A DNA stretch of 64,000 nucleotides from contig OZ024740.1 in the NCBI GenBank assembly GCA_964016885.1, positions 409,448,001 to 409,512,000 of the forward strand, written 5' to 3'. Numbering within the stretch: the stretch's first letter is position 1; each line of letters begins with the position of its first letter. A model generated the notes under the pieces. The model was not told the origin of the DNA and ran no database searches. It saw only the letters and a program-made list of their open reading frames with translations. A program made the position numbers and the translations under genes. This document shows positions 54,701 to 64,000 of this stretch, piece by piece. The stretch is from Eledone cirrhosa (Eukaryota).

Positions 54701-55850
54701 AGTCTGGCATGCTACTATTTAAGTTTGGTATACTACTGTTTAAGTCTGGTATGCTACTATTTAAGTTTGGTATCCTACTGTTTAAGTCTGGTATGCTACT
54801 ATTTAAGTTTGGTATGCTACTGTTTAAGTTTGGTATGCTACTATTTAAGTTTGGTATCCTACTGTTTAAGTCTGGCATGCTACTATTTAAGTTTGGTATG
54901 CTACTGTTTAAGTTTGGAATGTTACTGTTTAAGTCTGGCATGCTACTATTTAAGTTTGGTATGCTACTGTTTAAGTTTGGTATGCTACTATTTAAGTCTG
55001 GCATGCTACTATTTAAGTTTGGTATGCTTCTATTTAAGTTTGGTATGCTACTGTTTAAGTTTGGTATGCTACTGTTTAAATCTGGCATGCTACTATTTAA
55101 GTTTGGTATGCTTCTATTTAAGTTTGGTATGCTACTGTTTAAGTTTGGTATGCTACTGTTTAAATCTGGCATGCTACTATTTAAGTTTGGCATGCTACTA
55201 TTTAAGTCTGGCATGCTACTATTTAAGTTTGGTATGCTACTATTTAAGTTTGGCATGCTACTATTTAAGTTTGGTATGCTACTGTTTAAGTCTGGCATGC
55301 TACTATTTAAGTTTGGTATGCTTCTATTTAAGTTTGGTATGCTACTGTTTAAGTTTGGTATGCTACTGTTTAAATCTGGCATGCTACTATTTAAGTTTGG
55401 CATGCTACTATTTAAGTTTGGTATGCTACTGTTTAAATCTGGCATGCTACTATTTAAGTTTGGTATGCTACTATTTAAGTTTGGTATGCTTCTATTTAAG
55501 TTTGGTATGCTACTGTTTAAGTTTGGTATGCTACTGTTTAAATCTGGCATGCTACTATTTAAGTTTGGCATGCTACTATTTAAGTTTGGTATGCTACTGT
55601 TTAAATCTGGCATGCTACTATTTAAATCTGGCATGCTACTATTTAAGTTTGGTATGCTACTATTTAAGTTTGGTATGCTTCTATTTAAGTTTGGTATGCT
55701 ACTGTTTAAGTTTGGTATGCTACTGTTTAAGTTTGGTATGCTACTATTTAAGTTTGGTATGCTACTGTTTAAGTCTGGCATGCTACTATTTAAGTTTGGT
55801 ATGCTACTATTTAAGTTTGGTATGCTACTGTTTAAGTTTGGTATGCTACT
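51745..55850. repeat. 21-bp satellite (~195 monomers) with a 651-bp higher-order repeat
   Basis: Unit TTTAAGTYTGGYATGCTACTR; rare TCTGAC variant at 52372, 53023, 53674 (651-bp spacing) and 54556. Confidence 0.95.
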
Positions 55851-55865
55851 CTATTATTTAATGTA

Positions 55866-56347
55866 CTCGTGGGCCCGTGCCGTCAATAATGACGGTAATA
55901 GCGTTGAACGCATTTAATTTTCGGAGTCGTGGCCCCATGCCGTCAATAATGACGGAAATAGCGTTGAACGTATTTAATTTTGGGAGTCGTGGGCCCGTGC
56001 CGTCAATAATGACGGTAATAGCGTTGAACGCATTTAATTTTGGGTGTCGTGGGCCCGTGCCGTCAATAATGACGGTAATAGCGTTGAACGCATTTAATTT
56101 TGGGTGTCGTGGGCCCGTGCCGTCAATAATGACGGAAATAGCGTTGAACGTATTTAATTTTGGGAGTCGTGGGCCCGTGCCGTCAATAATGACGGTAATA
56201 GCGTTGAACGCATTTAATTTTCGGAGTCGTGGCCCCATGCCGTCAATAATGACGGAAATAGCGTTGAACGCATTTAATTTTGGGTGTCGTGGGCCCGTGC
56301 CGTCAATAATGACGGAAATAGCGTTGAACGTATTTAATTTTGGGAGT
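55866..56347. repeat. 60-bp minisatellite, 8 copies
   Basis: Unit TCGTGGGCCCGTGCCGTCAATAATGACGGTAATAGCGTTGAACGCATTTAATTTTGGGTG. Confidence 0.95.
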
Positions 56348-56606
56348 CCAAGATTTCCTGATTTATGAACAATTACACAAACTGAAATTTGCGTTTTGAT
56401 AAATGAATGGTTTGTATTGAAAGGAGCTCTTTATTTTATGTTGATGACATGTAGGAGTGACTGAAGATAAGAATGATGTTCATTTCTTGAATATAATTAC
56501 ATAGATGTTCAGCATGTATATACAAATGACGTACAGGATTAAATGTATGATTTTTTAAATTTTAAGTATTAAATAGGTTTATTTACAATAGTTTATAACT
56601 TTGCCT

Positions 56607-56855
56607 ATTAATCCGTATGGTGAGCAAATAGGGTCCCACGTGCTGGCATTCCCACAGCCCAGGCGAACAGGATGGAGGAGACGTTTCCCCAGAGGATGGT
56701 AAGGGAGATACGCTGAAAGAGCCATTCCACCTGCGGCTGGCCAGCTCAGCACTTATGGTGGTGAATAGGGAGGTAGCCCTAGGGCCAATGACACCAGAAG
56801 TCTCCACTGCCAAGGGCACGACCGCGAACCTGTCGGAGAGCGACTGGTACTTGGA
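56607..56855 (-). pseudogene. CRE-clade retrotransposon 3' fragment
   Basis: SKYQSLSDRFAVVPLAVETSGVIGP; 3' end shared with 57864-58100. Confidence 0.7.
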
Positions 56856-57041
56856 GATAAGTTTGGAGAAATAACTATTGGCAGGGACAAATGTAGCGTT
56901 CAAACACGGGACCTTAAATTGGAAAAATGAACTGCTTAATGAGTAACATAATTGAGATAGGAAATATATTGTGTGTATGTTTATGTTTGTAAATTTTAAA
57001 GATTTACAGATCAAACACGCACATCCACGCACGCACACGCG

Positions 57042-57129
<88 letters not shown>

Positions 57130-57141
57130 TACATACATACA

Positions 57142-57177
<36 letters not shown>

Positions 57178-57189
57178 TATGTATATATA

Positions 57190-57668
57190 TATTTCGTTTC
57201 TGAATTTGTTTAGCAAGATTCTTTATCTGAAATCGTGTGTTGAAACCGATATTGTTATACTTTGGGAGGGTCATGTTGCCAATAAGAAACACACGCACCA
57301 GTTGCTTTCACTTCAATTTGTTATATATTTATAAATATTATATATTATATATTATATATTATATATATAATATTATATATTATATATTTATAAATATTTA
57401 TAAACAAAATGGCGTAGGACAGAAGAAAGGAAAGGCACAGAAACAAAGAAAGGAATCCCCAGTCACTGAAGAGGTCACAGAGTGTGTGACGAAAGGACTA
57501 TGACTATATATAAACAACTATCTGGTTGTGGAACCAACCAACCAACCAGAAATTTATAAGTTTGTAGATTTGTAAATTTATAAATTTATAAATATATAAT
57601 AAATTGAAGTGAAAGCAACTGGTGCGTGTGTTTCTTATTGGCAACATGACCCTCCCAAAGTATAACAA
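57190..57668. mobile_element. Second copy of the palindromic hammerhead mini-element (hammerhead 57462-57504 +)
   Basis: 57190-57320 is the reverse complement of 7990-8113; 57404-57668 matches 7790-8055. Confidence 0.8.
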
Positions 57669-57704
57669 TATATATATATATATTTATATATATATGTATA
57701 TATA

Positions 57705-57780
57705 CAGGGCTTCCCAAAAAATGAATACACACTTTGATTAGAATGCTGTTGAAGTGTGTATACATTTTGGGGACATCCTG
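57705..57780. mobile_element. Tiny Tc1/mariner MITE
   Basis: TA-CAGGGCTTCCCAAAAAATGAATACACACTT / AAGTGTGTATACATTTTGGGGACATCCTG-TA. Confidence 0.7.
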
Positions 57781-57863
57781 TATATAGGAAGACGATACTT
57801 TGGTTCGTGAAGACGTTCCCCGGCAATGAACGGAAAAAAGCGAGCATAATTACGTCGTATGTC

Positions 57864-58680
57864 TTAATCCGTATGGTGAGCAAATGGGGTCCCACGTCCT
57901 GGCCTCCCCGCAGCCCCGTCTGACAGAATGGGGAAAGCATTTCCCTGGAGGAAGGTATCGGAGATGCGCTGGAAGTGCCATTCCAACTCGTGAGGCTCAC
58001 ACCTGCGACTGGCCGGCTCAGCGCCTATGGTGGTGAATAGGGAGATAGCCCTAGGGCCAATGACACCAGAAGTCTCCATTGCCAAGGGCACGACCGCGAA
58101 CCTTGGAGAGTTTGGCTTCCTCAGCCCGACGTGCAGCAGTACCTGGGTTAGTCGCAGACTGCATCAGATTGCAGCTGGAGAAAGTGTCGCGGCAAGTGGC
58201 ATCCCAGACGAGGAGTTTGCCACCGCGGAACGGGAAGATGTTTATACCGTCTGACCTTTTGTCGTCCCCTTGGTCCAGCCCCACCAGCTCGAGCTGGAGG
58301 GGAAGCCTGCAGCGTCCAAGCCATGCTTTATGATCTCGTTGAGGGCAGCATGGCGTGGAAGGCGGCCGGCACAGGGGCAACAGGAAAGCGGGTGGAGGCC
58401 GAAAGAGTACACGGTGGATCCACAGCGACATTTATGTGGTTCGAAGATCCGGAGTCCAAGCCTCAAGGAAACGCCGATGCGCAGGCTATCGTTATCAGCT
58501 GCGTGCCAGTGGAGAAGGAGGGCAAGGCATGGAGCCAGGCACCACTGTGGGGTTTGGAGGCCGCGCGAAAACAGGCAAGGCGGTGCTGGTCGAGCTGGCG
58601 CGTGAGCCTGTCTGAGGCCATGCTGCACTGGATGGCATCCCAAATGCTTTGGGGGGACTTGACGTCAGCAGGGGGAGAAG
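57864..58680 (-). pseudogene. CRE-clade (restriction-like endonuclease) retrotransposon C-terminal region
   Basis: SLRIGVSLRLGL, CRCG....GLHPLSC, RH.ALN.II, KR(P/S)DG...FP..GGK.LVWDATC.DT, PLA.ETSGVIGP. Confidence 0.8.
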
Positions 58681-58686
58681 AGGATA

Positions 58687-58734
<48 letters not shown>

Positions 58735-58745
58735 TTATATACTAA

Positions 58746-58964
58746 CTTATTAAAACAACAGTTTTATGTTTAAGCAAAGAATCAATGCTTTCACTCTTAA
58801 CGGGATCTTCTGAAGATCCCGTTAAGGGTGAAAGCAGCGATTCTTTGCTTAAACTTTAATTTGTTATTTTAATAAATGTTTGCTCTAGGGTTCTTATATA
58901 TTTGATATATATTTATCCTTATCGAGCCCTCTTTGGATTTTAGCCTTCACATTTATTATTATTG

Positions 58965-58965
<1 letters not shown>
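58746..58965. mobile_element. Spacerless palindrome of the second Penelope family pLTR
   Basis: Arms 58746-58810 / 58812-58876 centred on GATCTTC-T-GAAGATC; tail matches 38886-38968; (TA)n flanks. Confidence 0.8.
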
Positions 58966-59012
<47 letters not shown>

Positions 59013-59042
59013 ACTATATATATATATATATGTTATTATTAT

Positions 59043-59087
<45 letters not shown>

Positions 59088-60912
59088 AACAGTTATAATT
59101 GATTGCTGTTGTGGGTTATAACGTTTACATCGACGAAACACTTTCTTATACACAGATGTTTCAAAATATTTTGAGAAGTTTCACAGGTAATTTATCTCGT
59201 ATTTTACATGTGTGATAGTCAATTGTTAATCAATAGGTTCCAGTGATCGTCGTCGTCATTGTTGTTGCTATTGTTATTGATGATGTGGGCGATTTGTATG
59301 TAGCCTTAGATAAGCCTTAATTAAGCATTCCAGCTGTGATCATGCTATCTTATCTGTCAGGAATATCTATGTCAAATAAGCTCCATTTGTGGTTTGTGAG
59401 GAAATTTGGTTAATCCTATATACTCGATAACTGATATATAAATTTAGAAACGATAACAAATTTGGTGAAATTATCAAAATGAGAGTTGAGACTATCAGCA
59501 TTTCTCATCAGAAAAATTAGAACAAGTCACACTGACATGGAAGTCGAAACCGTGTCCCAAGCACTTATAAGCGCAAATAAAACATATCTGAAATACATTT
59601 CACTTGACGATTGGGAGTATTTTACTCCAGTTAAAATATATTTATAATCGAAGCACGAACATATCAATGTCCTATTTATATAAATCGATTTACAAACAAA
59701 TAAACAGTTAAATAAATAAATGAATACAAAATATTTATTTTATGTTCACACCACATGTTGCCAAATACTAAATCTATTAATTACTAAGTGAATGTCACTT
59801 CACCTAATCTTCTATTACCTGATAATTTTGTGTGAGATATATATTCTTCTAATGGGTAAGCATGAAATAATGTTAGTGTGCTCACAATAAAACACAATTA
59901 GATTGCGGTTTCAATCTCCTGTCAAACCTATTTTACATGAAATTCACAGATAATGATTTTGGAAATGACATTGACATCACAACTTTTCGTTTCCTCGACT
60001 GAGCCTTTAAATAATCAATGGAATCCGATATTTATATCCTCAGTTGAAATCCTTCTGGATCTATAAAAACATTTTAAACGTTGCCACAGGGTGATTATTT
60101 GGAGGACGAACGCATCAATATAATCGATCAAAGTAGACTTATTTTGAGAAAATAAGAGATAAGGCCAACTCGATTCCAATTTGATCACGGAACAAAAATA
60201 CGACGACGTTTTATCCGGTACTCTATTAGTACTACCATTCACCACCCTTTGGAATGATGTTGTATATCTCTAAATCGGTTCTGACGCAGCAGGCTTGAGA
60301 TCATAGGTATTCAAGCAATGGCCATCCCGTGATCTTTTTTCTGGAATAATATACTTTGGACTATCGTATCCAATGTATTCTTTTAAGACGGTGCGATATC
60401 GTTTGAATGAGATTTAGCTGGTATTTCTAGCAGGTCAAGTGATTGTACAGAGGCTTACTCGACTTTTGGTGGTTTACAAACTAAGCACTAATAATTTATG
60501 AGATCCATACAACCAATATACCCGTCTCGCCCAAACTTTGGTACCTCGAAAATGTTCATTTATCTCCCGATGAGTCTTATAGACCAGCAGATGAGCTGTG
60601 GAATTACAAATTCCAAGACCAGGTTTCGATTCTCGTTTGAAATACGACTTCTAATTCGACTCTTTATTAGATTAGAATTACATTGTCTAATTAGTAGAAG
60701 ATCTAATTCAACACCTGGTTTAAAACTACAACTCGGCCCCTGGCTACTTTTAGTGAAGTACATTTTATTTCAAACATTCCGACATTGTCTCCAGTCTAAA
60801 GACAACTTGCTACCTATCTTCCACTTCTTTCAGAGGCGCTGAGAACGGCCATTGGCACCCTTCTTCCTTCTTTTGGGCAATTAAAAAGAGAGAAAGAGGG
60901 CAATGATTTACA

Positions 60913-62170
60913 CCCTGTATTCCCTACTCTAATGTAGCAATCAACAGCTGTTAACTCTGTATTCCCTACTCTAATGTTGCCATCAACAGCTGTTAACCCT
61001 GTATTCCCTACTCTAATGTTGCCATCAACAGCTGTTAACCCTGTATTCCCTACTCTAATGTAGCCATCAATAGCTGTTAACCCTGTATTCCCTACTCTAA
61101 TGTTGCCATCAACAGCTGTTAACCCTGTATTCCCTACTCTAATGTTGCCATCAACAGCTGTTAACCCTGTATTTCCTACTCTAATGTAGACATCAACAGC
61201 TGTTAACCCTGTATTCCCTACTCTAATGTAGACATCAACAGCTGTTAACCCTGTATTCCCTACTCTAATGTTGCCATCAACAGCTGTTAACCCTGTATTC
61301 CCTACTCTAATGTTGCCATCAACAGCTGTTAACCCTGTATTTCCTACTCTAATGTAGACATCAACAGCTGTTAACCCTGTATTCCCTACTCTAATGTAGA
61401 CATCAACAGCTGTTAACCCTGTATTCCCTACTCTAATGTAGACATCAACAGCTGTTAACCCTGTATTCCCTACTGTAATGTAGACATCAACAGCTGCTAA
61501 CGCTGTATTCCCTACTGTAATGTAGACATCAACAGCTGTTAACCCTGTATTCCCTACTCTAATGTAGCCATCAATAGCTGTTAACCCTGTATTCCCTACT
61601 CTAATGTTGCCATCAACAGCTGTTAACCCTGTATTTCCTACTCTAATGTAGACATCAACAGCTGTTAACCCTGTATTCCCTACTCTAATGTAGACATCAA
61701 CAGCTGTTAACCCTGTATTTCCTACTCTAATGTAGCCATCAACAGCTGTTAACCCTGTATTTCCTACTCTAATGTAGCCATCAACAGCTGTTAACTCTGT
61801 ATTTCCTACTCTAATGTAGACATCAACAGCTGTTAACCCTGTATTTCCTACTCTAATGTAGCCATCAACAGCTGTTAATACTGTATTCCCTACTCTACTG
61901 TAGCCATCAACAGCTGTTAACCCTGTATTTCCTACTCTAATGTAGCCATCAACAGCTGTTAACCCTGTATTTCCTACTGTAATGTAGCCATCAACAGCTG
62001 TTAACACTGTATTCCCTACTCTAATATAGCCATCAACAGCTGTTAACACTGTATTTCCTACTCTAATGTAGCCATCAACAGCTGTTAACCCTGTATTTCC
62101 TACTCTAATTTAGCCATCAACAGCTGTTAACCCTGTATTTCCTACTCTACTGTAGCCATCAACAGCTGTT
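60913..62170. repeat. 42-bp minisatellite, ~30 copies
   Basis: Unit CCCTGTATTCCCTACTCTAATGTAGACATCAACAGCTGTTAA. Confidence 0.95.
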
Positions 62171-62224
62171 TTAGAATGGAAGCACGGAAGAGCGTCTGAC
62201 AGTATTTGCATGTGTACAAGTACG

Positions 62225-62266
<42 letters not shown>

Positions 62267-62275
62267 TGTGTGTGC

Positions 62276-62388
<113 letters not shown>

Positions 62389-62519
62389 TAAGTATATGAT
62401 TAGCTTCGTGTGTGTATTTACTGGAACTGGTTTGCGTATGAAACTACTTATTGGGATTCAATTGCTAATCCCGTTCGAATTGGTTCCTTATGTCTTCATA
62501 CACGTAGCTCAACAATCTT

Positions 62520-63327
62520 TCTATTGTTTGAACCACGTTTAGATGGCTTGTTCCGGGATGGCGCTCAGCTCTGTCGTCCCATTTCGTATGTTGTCCTCTC
62601 AGTTCTCTAAGCGGGAGCCTTTCAATGACATCGTCGTTATTTTGGAACAGCCATCTCTAGAAGGGGCCATATCAGGAAAGTAGGGATACTGGCGATTGAA
62701 CCTTGGATCAGCTGCGAAGAATGAGTATCGGCGCTATCATGATACAGCTTCCAGTTTTGCAAGTACTACGAATCTTAGTATAGAGTTACGGCCCTTTGCC
62801 TTCTGAGTTTAATCCCGCCGAGGTTAACTTTGCCTTTCATCTTTACGGGGTCGATAAAATAAAGCACCAGTAATGCACTGAGGTAATTGCTGGCCTTGTG
62901 CCAAAAGTAGAAACAATTATTACTGTACAACGCCTCGGTAGTCGAAGAAAACAATCAGCATCACCTTGATATTATTCTGTACCCGTGGTACGTTTTGGGC
63001 CTTGGTGACCGTTGATGTTTCCCCTGTGATGACCGACATTTGGTTTCCGGCTCGTACTCCTACACCCAATTCTCATCCCCAGTTTTCCTGGTATTCAAAA
63101 ACTCATGATCCTTGATGATTGTATTGGACGAAATGAAAATTCAACGAGTAAATAGTACAGCACCTCACATGCTGGCTGCCTGACTGTGATTGACGTATCC
63201 AGTGAGCTTACCAAAAACCACGCATGCGCATGAATGTATATGGCTCCATTCTGCACACCTTTGTCTCCCTAACGTCTTATATTTCACGGGTAAAAATAAG
63301 GTTGGATACTTTTCAACAGACCTCATA
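62520..63327 (-). pseudogene. mariner transposon remnant with a nested SINE (62778-62915)
   Basis: Minus: TIR-like TATGAGGTCTGTTGAAAAGTATCCAACC; GDENWV.EYEPETK, PRPK, KVMLIVFFDYRGVV, PY(F)PDMAP (YSPDLAP motif). Confidence 0.8.
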
Positions 63328-63762
63328 TATCTGGGTGCATAGGCGTGTGTGAGTATGTGCGTGTGAGTAGGTGGGTCTAACTAGAGCTGTATCCGTGACC
63401 TTATTTATATAAGCATCTGAATGCGCATTTGCATTTAGATAGGATGTATACGAAATGCTTGGAAATTAAATCGTGGCCCAGTTACACATACCATAATCAG
63501 GCGCCATATCTTTATATAGCTATATAGACTGAACTATATTTAAACTAAATACGCTGCCTGGGGACCGTCTAGATGGAGTAGCCAAATCGCCCTCAAATTA
63601 CACCCTACTATTATAAAGGACACATTGAATAATATGGTTCTAGATACACTGATTAGAAAGGCAAGATTGTTATGACTAGGTCGTCTTTAATCAGGCTCTG
63701 TCGGTGCGCTGTATATCACTTGCTTCAATTACCGGACTCCATCATAGTGTAAAATAATAATT

Positions 63763-63942
63763 GTTTCTACTTTTGGCACAAGGCCAGCAATTATCCCAGT
63801 GCATTACTGGTACTTTATTTTATCGACCCCGTAAGGATGAAAGGCAAAGTTAACCTCGGCGAGATTTGAACTCAAACGGTAAAGGGCCGTAACTCTATGT
63901 TGCAAAGCATGGTGTCCGACCCTCTACCGATACTGCCAATCC
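63763..63942 (-). mobile_element. tRNA-derived SINE
   Basis: Reverse-complement SINE; probable TSD AAATAATAATT. Confidence 0.85.
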
Positions 63943-64000
63943 AAATAATAATTTCGGTATAACTTATGCTTACTCTAACGTCGAAGATGGGATTCGGTTC

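Noticed and set aside
51740-55917. Three >1300-aa ORFs
   Set aside because: Artefacts of a 21-bp (multiple of 3) satellite that is open in several frames on both strands
55858-56368. CRISPR-like array or 20-aa repeat protein
   Set aside because: Contiguous near-identical units with no unique spacers, no cas genes, eukaryotic context
58805-58845. Hammerhead CTGAAGA..GAAA
   Set aside because: CTGAAGA arises at the palindrome centre; sister copies read CAGAAG/TAGAAG and no stem I/III closes
60814-62049. 411-aa repeat protein ORF
   Set aside because: Translation of the 42-bp minisatellite; an upstream unit has an in-frame stop; no non-repeat domain

Overview
Eukaryotic, AT-rich, repeat-saturated window with no confidently identifiable host gene. 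The SINE families and the (TA)n/(CA)n/(TACA)n load suggest an octopod cephalopod genome (inference from recalled Octopus repeats). It holds two near-full-length, oppositely oriented, decayed L1/Tx1-clade retrotransposons and a very young Penelope-like element (Naiad-type RT YRDD + GIY-YIG) with ~1 kb inverted pseudo-LTRs. It also holds further Penelope copies and many fold-back mini-elements embedded in (TA)n, about 13 type-I hammerhead ribozyme motifs from at least six sequence families, and RTE, RTE-X-like, CRE and mariner remnants. Small elements include tRNA-type SINEs with clear TSDs and piggyBac, hAT and Tc1/pogo MITEs. Three satellites are present: 21 bp with a 651-bp higher-order unit, 60 bp and 42 bp. 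The most notable observation is in both Tx1-like elements: ORF1 ends on a perfect splice donor (AG|GTAAGT) and ORF2 ends on a TAG|GT. Removing ORF2 as a single intron would regenerate the ORF1 AGG codon plus an immediate stop, which suggests an 'ORF2-as-intron' expression system. Coordinates were read by eye and may be off by a few bases; no database searches or folding programs were run.
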